Program-made: the position numbers and the translations under genes
The notes under the pieces: generated by a model
The model's database searches: none
What the model was told of the DNA's origin: nothing
Seen by the model: the letters and a program-made list of their open reading frames with translations, nothing else
IMG/VR virus record: IMGVR_UViG_3300036985_006427
Coordinates: 45,966 to 109,965 of that record
Strand: one strand, 5' to 3'
Length of the DNA: 64,000 nt
Source of the DNA: a virus
In this document: piece after piece, positions 40,347 to 50,539 of the stretch
Position numbering within the stretch: the stretch's first letter is position 1
Layout: each line of letters opens with the position of its first letter

Positions 40347-40832
40347 TTAGCCGAAGTTAGGAAGGTTAACGTAAACTTTAGCATAACCATCAGCGTCCTT
40401 GCGGGACATGAAACGGCCAATAGCCAAGTTACCAGATGCTACTGCATTAGAAGCTACGGTTGAAATGTTACCAGCAGTAATATTGTCTGCATAAGCAACC
40501 GATCCCGGAACTGGAGTTCCAGTAACCAAGTTGGTTACAACCCAACCACGAGTTAGCACAGTTACCTTGCCACCCTTTTGTACTTCATCCTTGTACTGAT
40601 TGATGTGAGTACGAGTAAGGTCTTTATCAACAACATCGTTCAGCAAAATACCAACTGGAACGCCAGTAACTGCAACCTGCTTGTAAGCTACGGTATTGTC
40701 TCCCTGATCCATCGCTGCGCCAGAAGCGCTTAAAACGTCCAAGCAAACAACGCCACCGCGACTTGCGGTTCCAGTCGTATAGAAAAAGCTGATATCTGTA
40801 GATTCTTCATATCTATCTGATTTAAGAGCCAT
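40347..40832 (-). CDS. Capsid decoration/cement protein
   Basis: Start MALKSDR at 40832 with AGGAGA SD; lies between protease and capsid gene. Confidence 0.65.
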   Translation of the reverse strand: MALKSDRYEESTDISFFYTTGTASRGGVVCLDVLSASGAAMDQGDNTVAYKQVAVTGVPVGILLNDVVDKDLTRTHINQYKDEVQKGGKVTVLTRGWVVTNLVTGTPVPGSVAYADNITAGNISTVASNAVASGNLAIGRFMSRKDADGYAKVYVNLPNFG

Positions 40833-40860
40833 AGTTATATTCTCCTGTTTTTTTTTATAA

Positions 40861-42312
40861 TTACTTGTTGAGTACGTGATTTTCAAACCAGTTTGAAACA
40901 CTCGCTCTGGTGGATTCAAGTTCATTGTGTTCTGGAACGATCAGTGTAGCTTCTGAACTTTCTATTTTTTCGAAAGTTTCTGGAGTTACTTCGGCTTCTG
41001 TGATCTTAGCCTTAGAATCCTTCTTCATAGATTCTTTATCTTCCGTTGACTTCTTTTCAAACATCATCTTCTTCTTGCCGTACATAGCAACTACGGCTTC
41101 AAAAGAAGCGTCATCAAGAGCATCAAAAGCAGCAAGAGTTGTTTCTACTTCTTCTTGCTCAAAACCAGCTTCTACCAAAGAAGCCATTCTCTTCTGCATC
41201 TTTTCTTTCTTCTTCATTTCTACCATGTTCATAGTTGCTTCGGCAAGCTGATTGCTCGATTGAGCCAAAGCGTCTTCGAGTTCAGCAACACGAGCCTGAG
41301 TAGACTTGATAACTTCATTAAGCTGATCAATCGTTGCGTGACTTTGTTCAGCGGCAGTCTTGAAGGAATCAACCTTGGAAGCAAATTCCTTGTCTTTAGC
41401 TTCTTCGATCTTTGCCTTGATAGCTTCGTTTTCAATCTTAGCTTTTGCTAGCTGATCACGAACCTCTCTTAGCTGCGTTTCGAACAATGTATCTTCAGCC
41501 ATTTTAATTTCTCCTATTGAAAATTTAGAGTATGCATTAAAGTTTATAACATTTGCAACCGTATTATTAAATATAACACTTCTCGGGTTCGCAGGCTTTG
41601 AAACCAACCCTTTGCCAGAAAAAGAAATGTTTGACAAAGCACGACCTAATTTATAACCTTCATATACGCCAGTTCCACCGTAAGACTTTAGATGTTTGGT
41701 CAAAAACGCTGAAGCTTCATCGCGTTCCAATATTTTTGCCATACCCTTGTTGTCGATCATCGCATAATCAAATCCAGAAAAAAGACATTCCATAGAAACG
41801 TACCATTTTCCTTCTTCAATTTCAGCAATGATTTTGTCCATCCGCTCTTTGTTTGTTTCATCACTCCAACTGTTGTATAAAACAGCCTGAGTGATAATAT
41901 CAAAATCTTCTGGACGGGCATCATCTTCGTCGGCTACAGATTTACCATCCTTGGTTAAAACGTAAGAACCTGTGATATGACCAATTATATCATTTTCATC
42001 ATGCATGAAATTGAATTGTTTATCTTCTGGAGTTTTCCTCGCAGCCCAAGTGGCTTCAGGAGTAAAAACGTCATCATTTTTATTCCATCCAGTAGAAACA
42101 AGAACAGACTCTATGTAGTAGAGGTCTAGCTGATTTTTATTCTCAGCAAGTGCTATCTGAAGAGAATCTGGTATTTTAATATGATCGGATATTGATGGTA
42201 ACCCTCTCTTGTGTAGATCATCTACGCGAGAGCAATAAGCTATAGATGCCTGAGTTTTAACTAACTCGGCTACTCCATCTTTAATTTCATGTTTAAAAAT
42301 TTTTATTGTCAT
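40861..42312 (-). CDS. Prohead protease-scaffold fusion
   Basis: WNKNDDVF, FNFMH, IIGH, VSMEC, GLVSKPANP motifs; coiled-coil C-terminal half. Confidence 0.75.
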   Translation of the reverse strand: MTIKIFKHEIKDGVAELVKTQASIAYCSRVDDLHKRGLPSISDHIKIPDSLQIALAENKNQLDLYYIESVLVSTGWNKNDDVFTPEATWAARKTPEDKQFNFMHDENDIIGHITGSYVLTKDGKSVADEDDARPEDFDIITQAVLYNSWSDETNKERMDKIIAEIEEGKWYVSMECLFSGFDYAMIDNKGMAKILERDEASAFLTKHLKSYGGTGVYEGYKLGRALSNISFSGKGLVSKPANPRSVIFNNTVANVINFNAYSKFSIGEIKMAEDTLFETQLREVRDQLAKAKIENEAIKAKIEEAKDKEFASKVDSFKTAAEQSHATIDQLNEVIKSTQARVAELEDALAQSSNQLAEATMNMVEMKKKEKMQKRMASLVEAGFEQEEVETTLAAFDALDDASFEAVVAMYGKKKMMFEKKSTEDKESMKKDSKAKITEAEVTPETFEKIESSEATLIVPEHNELESTRASVSNWFENHVLNK

Positions 42313-42370
42313 ATTTTACCTCATGACATTATACACAAAAAAATAAAAAACACAAAGAAAGCATCTTTTT

Positions 42371-44386
42371 TTAGCTTAACAATAACTCCACATAATTTGC
42401 GATAACAAGCTTTCTGTAATTTTCTATACTGTTTGCTGAAACTTTTATTTCTTTTAATTCTGATGGAATAGGCTTAAATTTTTCGGAGATAGCTTTGTAT
42501 ATAGAACCGTCGTTTAGATCGCACATTGGAGTAAGATTCAACAACGTTGCCAATCTTAATTGCTCAAACTCTTGAGCTTCTGCTTTCGTTAGCTGTCTCA
42601 TATTAGCTTTGCCTTTATTAGACAAATATCCATCTATCAATATGGAGGTGTGATCAAAGGCTGACGTGACCCACATAAACAACTCAGCAACTCCCGGAGT
42701 GCTCTTTGGTGTATCCACACGCTTTTTCCTTGGACCCTCATCTAATTTATTTGGAGGTCTTCCGTTGTCCTTTTTTGCAGCAGGGCTGCTTTTTAAACCA
42801 GTTTCAGGTTTAGATTCTTGTATGTCTTTATTGATTTCACCTTGCTTTTCTATTTTTTCCATATCAATCTGCTGATTTGCATTGTGGAAAGGGCTGGCTT
42901 TTGGAGGCAGCTTTTCATCTTCTCTGGATTTAGCTTCTCTTTGTAGTCTAACCTTTTCTACGTTTGGAACTTCCTTGAATCTTTCAAGCACAGTTTCGTG
43001 AGAAATAATATCTCTGTCAGCAAGTTGAATCAGCAAATTCTTTTCACTGGATTCGTCAGATAGACTCATTTGATCATAAATAACATGAGCTGATTTTCTG
43101 AAGCCCATAGATTTTCTTATGTCTTCAAGTTCTTTTTCCCAAAACTTAGTGAGCTGATCTCTTCCGTACTGTAATCTTTCGACCAAGGTTTTAAGAGAGA
43201 TAAAATTGTTTGTGAAACCACCTCCCTGTCCAGACATTCCGGTCAACGTTGGAGGAACTCCAAGTCCAGCAAAAATACTGTTTAGTACATTTTGGTATTT
43301 TTCAGCTCCCAAGAACTTGTAAACTTGAGAGTTACTTTCTGTGAATTTTAACTCTGGTCCATAAACAAGCTCCATACATCCGCCTCCAGTATTGCTGGCT
43401 AGTATGTTTCTTAATTTATTTACACCTTCTTTTGTTGGTAAAACCTTGTGTTCAAAGCTTCCGAGTGTCCATAGTCTGATGTTTGAAATAGCACCATCCA
43501 ACGCTGCCAAGTCTGCTAATTTCATTTTCTCCAACATTACAATGTCGTCAAGAATTGCGTAAACAAGTGGATTCGCCCATTGTTGCCAGTCGTCCTTTTT
43601 ATAATAAAACACTGATAATTTTTCAGGATCTAAGTCTATCTTTCGATTATTGCTCTTTATACTGTTCTTGATGTTGGTTGGTAGAGTTTCAAGAACTTTT
43701 ACCGGAATGGTGCCGTCTTTGAAGTTGTCAAAAAAAGAGTCTGAGCTTAACTGATAGTTTTGTTTGCCAAGAAAGAGACTAACGACACCGTCCTTCATGT
43801 CTATGGTCATTGGATTAAAGAAGTTGTACCTCCAAGGAATTACATTCTTTTTAATAGTTGGTATTTCTACCACTATGTCTTGAGCCAAAGATTTGATATA
43901 AGTAACTATGTCTTCACTGATATTAGCGTGACTTTTATATACAAAAACATTTCCAGTTCTGTACAGATTGTTTAAAAATCTTTCTGATCTCTCTTTGCCA
44001 TCAACCTTTTTGAACCATTGCTGATAGAATTTTTCAACACTCTTGTTTTCATGAACAATGTTTATTCCTTGACAACCAAAATCACCCATTAAATCTATAA
44101 TATTCCTTACAATCCCAACCTTATCATAAGCTTCCATGCACATTTTTATTATACTTTTAGAGCGCGTAGGAATTTGCTCTTCTGGTCTAAACGCATAATA
44201 ATCATTGCGAGTAAATCCGGGTTTTACAGATCTGTTTGGTTCAATGTTTAAAAAATCTCTGTGATAAGCTTTGCTCACACCGGCATAAGACTCGGAAGCT
44301 TCAGAAAAATTTTTAAAAGCCAAGGCTTTTGAGTTTTGATCGTTTTCATTCCAAGTCGAAAGAGAGCCGTTGGTTTTTTCAGACAT
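42371..44386 (-). CDS. Portal protein
   Basis: 671 aa between terminase and protease; IFAGLGVPPTL motif. Confidence 0.8.
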   Translation of the reverse strand: MSEKTNGSLSTWNENDQNSKALAFKNFSEASESYAGVSKAYHRDFLNIEPNRSVKPGFTRNDYYAFRPEEQIPTRSKSIIKMCMEAYDKVGIVRNIIDLMGDFGCQGINIVHENKSVEKFYQQWFKKVDGKERSERFLNNLYRTGNVFVYKSHANISEDIVTYIKSLAQDIVVEIPTIKKNVIPWRYNFFNPMTIDMKDGVVSLFLGKQNYQLSSDSFFDNFKDGTIPVKVLETLPTNIKNSIKSNNRKIDLDPEKLSVFYYKKDDWQQWANPLVYAILDDIVMLEKMKLADLAALDGAISNIRLWTLGSFEHKVLPTKEGVNKLRNILASNTGGGCMELVYGPELKFTESNSQVYKFLGAEKYQNVLNSIFAGLGVPPTLTGMSGQGGGFTNNFISLKTLVERLQYGRDQLTKFWEKELEDIRKSMGFRKSAHVIYDQMSLSDESSEKNLLIQLADRDIISHETVLERFKEVPNVEKVRLQREAKSREDEKLPPKASPFHNANQQIDMEKIEKQGEINKDIQESKPETGLKSSPAAKKDNGRPPNKLDEGPRKKRVDTPKSTPGVAELFMWVTSAFDHTSILIDGYLSNKGKANMRQLTKAEAQEFEQLRLATLLNLTPMCDLNDGSIYKAISEKFKPIPSELKEIKVSANSIENYRKLVIANYVELLLS

Positions 44387-44446
44387 TTTATCGCCTTTAT
44401 AATTGAACTGTAATCAGATTGTATTCCAAATGACTATACACATATT

Positions 44447-46447
44447 TCAATAAAGGTTATTATTCATATTGTCTGTGAACCAAGCTGGGCCATTATACAG
44501 TTTACCTTTTGGGTCTTTTTCTTTCTCAACTGTTGCAAATCCTCCATAAAAATTATATATTTCTGAGCTTGGAGTTCGGGCTATGGTTCTGGCGGACATA
44601 TTGGCCATCAAAAGAGCTGAGTATCTGTCTTTTCTTAGCTTGCCCTTTTTGCCAGTTCCTATGACTGTTTCTGGCGTGTCCCATTTGTCTCTGCCAGAAG
44701 GTGTTTGTGATATTTGAATCATAGCCAACTCATCTTTTAGATCCTCTATTTCCATAACGCACTGTTCCAGTGTGTCAAAAGATCTGCCCTTCATTTCATC
44801 TTCGATTGCTGAAATATCCAGACTGAGCGTATCGAACATGGGGAATAAAAGAGCTTTATCCTCAAAGTCTTTTCTCATTCCGTGATTTGATTCAGACACC
44901 CAGTCATATCTAGAAAATTGGCACATTTCTAATATATGTAGACCTCTGTTGTCGTCTGAGTCTTTTGGTTTTTCTGGGTCGATTGTTTCCCAGATTGGAA
45001 CTTCATTTTCTTGTATTTTATCTTTATCGTGTAAGCTTTCCATAACAGCGATACCGCCACCTCCAGCATCCATAGCTATTTGAACGCATGGAAAAACTAT
45101 CATCAAATCTCTTATTTTTCTAGCGCAATAAGCGTAAAAATCAGATTCAGATGAAAATCCACTTTTAATTTTTTCTTTGTGCTGATCTCTGTTTGTTGTC
45201 CAACAGTGGACGACTCTTCTGTGATCTTCGTTTAGTTCTAAAATCACAATACTGAAATTGTCTACTTCTGAAGCTGGGTCAACTCCAAAGATGTATTTCT
45301 TTTGTATGTCGCCTCTGATTCTTGTTGAAAAACAAATATCAATTCCATTTTTGTCTTTTATAGGAGCTTTGTCCAAGTACTGATCGTTTGTGACGCACGC
45401 CTCTATCAGGGATCGCTTGAAAAAGCCCTGTGAGTCGCGTGTGAAGCAAGCTCCGAACTCCATCTGGTATATTCCAGCGTGAACGGTAGCCTTTGATCTA
45501 GCGACCTGTGAGGCGTCCATAAAGCCCTCTGGTAAAAGCTCGTAGGGTATTCTTATTATCGAATAATCTTTCCAGTTAAAACCTTCTGGGGGATCTTCAT
45601 TGAAGATGTCTCGTAATCTACTTTCTTTGCCTTGGCTCTTTATTATCGATTTCCACTTTTTCCAATATTGAGCGAAATGGTTAAAATCGTAATAGGCTGT
45701 TCCTGAAAGAATTATTTGATTGTCACTCTTTTTAAGAATATTGCTATCTTCTTCAAAATAATCTAAATTATACTCTTTGGCCTTTTTTTTCGCTGCCATG
45801 CTTTTAACGTTTTCGATGGGATCTGAACTCACTGCAGCAAAACCAGCAACAACATTTTCGAAAATATCCCTTGGTATACTTGCAAATTCATCAGAGATAA
45901 TATCATTTGCTCGTTGACCTCTTATCTTCTGGCCATCTCCTAAAGGTAGGCATGTCACGCGAGACTGATTTATTCTGAGTACGCATCTGTCAACGTCTCT
46001 TCTTGGTCCAGACTCAGCATCGCACATGCTTCTTAGGATTGGAGCTTTGTTCCATATTGTTTCCATGTATTCAAACAGCACTTTTGATTGTCTGAAAGCA
46101 GCACCAACAATAACAATCTTTCTTTCTGGAAGGATCAAAGCTCTGAGTATTGAATAAAGAGATAAAATAAAAGACTTGCCAAAACCTCGGCTAGCGATAA
46201 GCATCGGAAATTTACGATTCCACATCTCATGTAAAAACAAAGCTTGAGATGGCAGTATGTTGACGTTCAATATGTGTTTGCATAAAAACGAAAAATACTC
46301 TGGCCTTGTCATCAACCACAACAATCTATAGTGAGAATCGTTTGCAGATCCTATGAATTTCATTGGATTGAATATTAATTCATCATTGATGTCGTCAAGG
46401 TTCAGCCAAGCTTCATTTATAACTTTGATTTTGCCATCGTCTTTCAT
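44447..46447 (-). CDS. terL: Terminase large subunit
   Basis: ASRGFGKS Walker A, IRGQRA..IISDE Walker B, GVDPA and KDRYSAL nuclease motifs. Confidence 0.92.
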   Translation of the reverse strand: MKDDGKIKVINEAWLNLDDINDELIFNPMKFIGSANDSHYRLLWLMTRPEYFSFLCKHILNVNILPSQALFLHEMWNRKFPMLIASRGFGKSFILSLYSILRALILPERKIVIVGAAFRQSKVLFEYMETIWNKAPILRSMCDAESGPRRDVDRCVLRINQSRVTCLPLGDGQKIRGQRANDIISDEFASIPRDIFENVVAGFAAVSSDPIENVKSMAAKKKAKEYNLDYFEEDSNILKKSDNQIILSGTAYYDFNHFAQYWKKWKSIIKSQGKESRLRDIFNEDPPEGFNWKDYSIIRIPYELLPEGFMDASQVARSKATVHAGIYQMEFGACFTRDSQGFFKRSLIEACVTNDQYLDKAPIKDKNGIDICFSTRIRGDIQKKYIFGVDPASEVDNFSIVILELNEDHRRVVHCWTTNRDQHKEKIKSGFSSESDFYAYCARKIRDLMIVFPCVQIAMDAGGGGIAVMESLHDKDKIQENEVPIWETIDPEKPKDSDDNRGLHILEMCQFSRYDWVSESNHGMRKDFEDKALLFPMFDTLSLDISAIEDEMKGRSFDTLEQCVMEIEDLKDELAMIQISQTPSGRDKWDTPETVIGTGKKGKLRKDRYSALLMANMSARTIARTPSSEIYNFYGGFATVEKEKDPKGKLYNGPAWFTDNMNNNLY

Positions 46448-47097
46448 TTCAAACTCCCGATACTCTTCATTTTTCTTGTGTCAAGTACATGGTCTGCAAA
46501 ACCATAATAAACGGATTCATTTGCTTCTAGATACCAATCTCCGTCTTTTAATTTTCTCTTTAAGAAATTTCTTACCTTGTCTATGTCTAGATTGGTGTAA
46601 CTTTCCTTGAAGTATTTACCATAAATACATTTGTTGGCATAGATATCTATCATGATCTCAGCGTTGATCTTGTCTAACTTTGCCAAGTTGTGTGCGCTTA
46701 AATGATCGCTTGCGCAAGCAAAGCTTCCATAATGAAGCATGAAATGGGCGTTTGGAGTTAAAACTCTTTTGTCTGCTGCTTGCAGAATTATGCCGCTCAT
46801 AGACTCAGCTTGACCATAAGCCACTATCGTAACGTAAGACTTAGTCAAAGCTATCGCGTCGTAGATGACCATACCGTCAGACCAATTGCCTCCGATACTG
46901 TGCATGTGAACAATTATCGGTTCTTCAGAGATGGTGTCTAAAAGCCTGATGTTCTTATAAAAGTTAACAGCCATTCTGTACTCGACACCGGGATCTTCAT
47001 CAGTATTGAATACATGTCCATGAAGATATATTTCTCTGTTCTTTACGTCTAATCCATATTGATGTATGTCCGAAATAGTATCTGTTAGAATGTCCAT
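46444..47097 (-). CDS. ClpP-like serine protease
   Basis: HSIGG, AESMS (catalytic Ser), PNAHFMLH, DWYLEANESVYYGFAD. Confidence 0.85.
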   Translation of the reverse strand: MDILTDTISDIHQYGLDVKNREIYLHGHVFNTDEDPGVEYRMAVNFYKNIRLLDTISEEPIIVHMHSIGGNWSDGMVIYDAIALTKSYVTIVAYGQAESMSGIILQAADKRVLTPNAHFMLHYGSFACASDHLSAHNLAKLDKINAEIMIDIYANKCIYGKYFKESYTNLDIDKVRNFLKRKLKDGDWYLEANESVYYGFADHVLDTRKMKSIGSLK

Positions 47098-47098
47098 T

Positions 47099-47608
47099 TT
47101 AATCTTTTCTCCCAATAGAGTAGTGTTCGTTTACCCTCTTCAAAATACTGTTTACTGCTAACTTTGCATTTTTCCTGTTGCCGCAAAAAATAACATGTAT
47201 GCCATGATACATTTGGAATTCTATTAGCATTTTAAGGATGTACTTGTTGGTTACTTTTATCGAAGACCATTTTTCCTCAGGAATATCAGATCTATCTGGA
47301 AAATCCATTACATCTTCAAGAGAAAATTCTAATATCAGAAATTTAAAAGGAAAGGGTGTCATTCTTTCTATTTCTCTGATGAATCTATGTTTATCTTTTC
47401 CAAGATTTATAGCTAATTCAGAAATCCTACCTTTTCTTTCTATGCAGATTTTATCTTCAAGACCAACAATCGAATAATCTCCTGTGTCGAGTTTTTTAAC
47501 AACCATTCCCTCACATGAGGTGTAGGTTCCAGAAAACTTTTCAAAAGTATATCCGTCTTGCTCCCTTGTGTCTTTTATGACCGTGTAAGGAGGTGATTTA
47601 ATTGGCAT
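47099..47608 (-). CDS. ERCC4-domain nuclease
   Basis: DTREQ, LDTGDYS, IERK motifs. Confidence 0.85.
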   Translation of the reverse strand: MPIKSPPYTVIKDTREQDGYTFEKFSGTYTSCEGMVVKKLDTGDYSIVGLEDKICIERKGRISELAINLGKDKHRFIREIERMTPFPFKFLILEFSLEDVMDFPDRSDIPEEKWSSIKVTNKYILKMLIEFQMYHGIHVIFCGNRKNAKLAVNSILKRVNEHYSIGRKD

Positions 47609-47864
47609 TTTTTCTTATTATCTCCATAAAAAGCGAGCTATAGAAATGTTCCTTGTCTTTGATAGAGTCGTGACACGATCTACAAAGTGTTATTCCATTT
47701 TGAGTGTCGAACCTCAAAGACGGAGCACTGGACCATTTATTGATATGATGTGCTTGTAATTTACTTTTACGCTTACAATTTGGCATTTGACACATGAATT
47801 TATCTCGTTTGTAAACTCTTGTTCGCCATTCTTTGTAAACTGGATCATCATAATTTCTTTTCAT
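47598..47864 (-). CDS. HNH endonuclease
   Basis: RDKFMC..C, AHHI, NGITLCRSCH. Confidence 0.88.
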   Translation of the reverse strand: MKRNYDDPVYKEWRTRVYKRDKFMCQMPNCKRKSKLQAHHINKWSSAPSLRFDTQNGITLCRSCHDSIKDKEHFYSSLFMEIIRKNAN

Positions 47865-48111
47865 CTTTACACACAACCTTTATTATTCTGATATCGTTTT
47901 CGATGTCTTTTATAAAAAGAGCGATCTTGTCAGAAGGCTTTTGTTTGAGCAGAGTTTCAGAAAATTTACAGTAAGCCAAGTAACAAGCTTCGTCTGGATC
48001 TGCAGCTTCAATAAAGATATCTGGATACCCATGGTTAAATTCATTCAATCTGAATTGCACAAGTCTTTGTAAGACAGCAGTAAGATTAAAAGTTATTACA
48101 TAAATCTTCAT
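47848..48111 (-). CDS. Hypothetical protein
   Basis: 87 aa, overlaps both neighbours. Confidence 0.65.
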   Translation of the reverse strand: MKIYVITFNLTAVLQRLVQFRLNEFNHGYPDIFIEAADPDEACYLAYCKFSETLLKQKPSDKIALFIKDIENDIRIIKVVCKDEKKL

Positions 48112-49208
48112 GGCAATGTGTCATGATCAATCATTAGTTTCACCAAGTCTGTAAATGTATGTTTTGGTTTCCAGCCAAGAACATTGAGTGCCTTGCTGGA
48201 TTCTCCACATAAATAGTCAACTTCTGCTGGTCTATAGAATTCTGGATCTTGAACAACCAATCCAGACCAATCTACGATACCAACATGGTTGAATGCTACG
48301 TCTAGGAACTCACGAATAGTGTGAGTCTCGCCGCTGCAGATGACGTAATCATCAGGATAATCCTGCTGAAGCATCGTCCACATCGCTTCCACGTAATCTC
48401 CTGCATACCCCCAATCTCTGAATGCTTCTAAGTTGCCCAGACGTAGTTTTGGAAACTTTTCAACAATTGAGCCATCCCCACTGAGTATAAGTGGAGAAAT
48501 TTTAAGAAAATAGTTTGGATCAGAGTCATAATCAATAGCAAGACTATCTACATGGTTTTTCCATTTCACGAATTCTCCAATCCACTTTGTGATTTTTCTG
48601 GTGACGAAATCTTCACCTCTTCTTGGACCCTCATGATTAAAAAGGATTCCAGAGCTAGCATGAAAAGAATAAGCTTCACGAAAAAGGCTAACCATATGAT
48701 GAGCGGCGCATTTCGCTATCGCGTATGGGCTTTGCGGCATGAATTTAGTTTCTTCGTCTTGATATTTTACTGTTAATCCAGACGTTGTGTCAGTATACTG
48801 ATCATAATTTTTACCAAACATCTCGCTTGAGCTAGCCTGATAAAACCTAGCTTTTGTTATTTGTAGATCAACCAATGCTTGTAAAATATTAAGGCACCCC
48901 TTGCCTGTAATATCCCAAGTCAAGGCTGGCTGTTTGAACGATACGGCAACATGACTTTGTGCCGCTAAATTATAGACTTCATCTACATCCGCGTGTTTTT
49001 TAAGGATATTGCTGACAGAATGTACATCAGTGATGTCTCCGTGCATCAGTTCGAAACTCTGATTGCAAAGCACATGTTTGATTCTTTGTGTGTTGTCGGT
49101 ACTTGAGCGTCGTGCAACACCAACAACGTGATAACCTTTTGAGAGTAGCAGGTCTGCCAAGTGACTACCATCTTGTCCTGTTATTCCAAATACGATAGCT
49201 TTTTTCAT
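48108..49208 (-). CDS. gmd: GDP-mannose 4,6-dehydratase
   Basis: GITGQDGSHL, YNLAAQSHV, YQASSSEMFG, SPYAIAK, GILFNHE, FVTRKIT, RDWGYAGDYV, RPAEVD. Confidence 0.95.
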   Translation of the reverse strand: MKKAIVFGITGQDGSHLADLLLSKGYHVVGVARRSSTDNTQRIKHVLCNQSFELMHGDITDVHSVSNILKKHADVDEVYNLAAQSHVAVSFKQPALTWDITGKGCLNILQALVDLQITKARFYQASSSEMFGKNYDQYTDTTSGLTVKYQDEETKFMPQSPYAIAKCAAHHMVSLFREAYSFHASSGILFNHEGPRRGEDFVTRKITKWIGEFVKWKNHVDSLAIDYDSDPNYFLKISPLILSGDGSIVEKFPKLRLGNLEAFRDWGYAGDYVEAMWTMLQQDYPDDYVICSGETHTIREFLDVAFNHVGIVDWSGLVVQDPEFYRPAEVDYLCGESSKALNVLGWKPKHTFTDLVKLMIDHDTLP

Positions 49209-49230
49209 AAGTTTTCCTTTTTGCTTCCAA

Positions 49231-50043
49231 TTAATCTTTGACGGTTTCGGGTGTCAAGAAAGGTTGATCTACTGTTCCGTCATTGTACTTGTGGTATTGA
49301 GCAAGCCTGTCTTGTTCTTTGTACATTGAAAGTCGCATTTTTTCCATTTCGAGGCCGTAAGACCTTGCAACCTCTTGGTTGGTTATCAAATATGTCATCC
49401 ATCCGGTAAAACTTGACTTGCTGTCCTGAAAGCGCTGTACGCGCTGTTCGCGCGTTGCTTTCATGTCCTTTAGCATTGAACTCTTTTTGGTTTGAAGCTC
49501 TCGGTAGTCCTTGTTGAGCGATTCCTGAGAGGCTTTGAGCGAGGCGATCTGACTTGCCATGTTGAACAACACGTCTTTGTCGATTTGATCCGGGTCTCGT
49601 TGACGCTCAGCAAAGATCAGGGTTTCTAAAACAGATATTTGTTCTAGGTTTTCTTTGTTGCCCTTCAAAGAGCGGTTCATTAGTAATTCTAATTTTATAA
49701 GGTCAACAACCTGCAGCTCTTCGGTTGGAATAACATCATCTTGAAATTGAGATATAATTCTGGACCAATGATATTGAAATAGCTTCAATTCATCTTCAGT
49801 GAATTGTTGTTTTAGCTCAACGAAGTATGGTCTAAAAGCAAGGTCATATTTTGCTTGGTCTTCAGTTGATATAGAGTCAAACCAACTGGGTTTTTCTATT
49901 TCGTTTTTTGCAACTTTGCGTTTTATGAAGTCTAGAACGCTATCTGGATTTCTGTCTAGAGACAGAGCTAATTTTTGATAACCAAAGTTAACGTTTTCTT
50001 TTATGAACGTTTCTTCTGGTTTACTGATGCGTCCCGTCTTCAT
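49231..50043 (-). CDS. Coiled-coil protein, candidate small terminase/DNA-binding protein
   Basis: Likely start MKTGRIS at 50043; HTH-like N-terminus plus long coiled coil; function is a guess. Confidence 0.4.
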   Translation of the reverse strand: MKTGRISKPEETFIKENVNFGYQKLALSLDRNPDSVLDFIKRKVAKNEIEKPSWFDSISTEDQAKYDLAFRPYFVELKQQFTEDELKLFQYHWSRIISQFQDDVIPTEELQVVDLIKLELLMNRSLKGNKENLEQISVLETLIFAERQRDPDQIDKDVLFNMASQIASLKASQESLNKDYRELQTKKSSMLKDMKATREQRVQRFQDSKSSFTGWMTYLITNQEVARSYGLEMEKMRLSMYKEQDRLAQYHKYNDGTVDQPFLTPETVKD

Positions 50044-50539
50044 AGTAACCGTGCTCCTGTAGTATATTTTTAATAATTTCAACGACCTCTTCGCGGCGTT
50101 GTTTTGATATATAAATATCATTGGATATTTTAAGATAATCCATTCGAACACTCGCCGGAATATGACGGTCGAGGGCAACTATCATGTCCTTTACGTCAAG
50201 ATCGTCATACGACTCACCATCAGTATGGTCCACAAGCTTTTCTTCATGATCCAACTGAGCTGGCTGAGCTAGTTTTTTTCGTTGCTCATTTGAGTTTCCT
50301 ATAAAGTAATTGTCACGCATAAAGGTTTTTAGTCTGTTGGATAGGTTTACACTCAGAAAATTCTCAAGGGGTCTGCCTTCTTCGTAACGATTCATGGCTT
50401 CGAGACAAATAATAAAAGACTCTTGGACAATATCATCTTTTGCGTAACCGTAAAACACGTATTTAGGGGCTATGCGTTCGCAAACAATGTTTATTTGTTC
50501 TACGACCTCTTCCTCTGTCATTCCATTTGGTACTCTCAT
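50021..50539 (-). CDS. Sigma70 region-2-like transcription factor
   Basis: DDIVQESFIICLEAMNRY...LENFL...NRLKTFMRD resembles ECF sigma region 2. Confidence 0.65.
   Translation of the reverse strand: MRVPNGMTEEEVVEQINIVCERIAPKYVFYGYAKDDIVQESFIICLEAMNRYEEGRPLENFLSVNLSNRLKTFMRDNYFIGNSNEQRKKLAQPAQLDHEEKLVDHTDGESYDDLDVKDMIVALDRHIPASVRMDYLKISNDIYISKQRREEVVEIIKNILQEHGYYEDGTHQ

Noticed and set aside
689-46610. Plus-strand ORFs across the structural block (e.g. 8142..8909, 9660..10352, 9956..10279)
   Set aside because: Antisense shadows of long minus-strand genes; the Cys/Trp repeat ORF is another frame of the tandem repeat.
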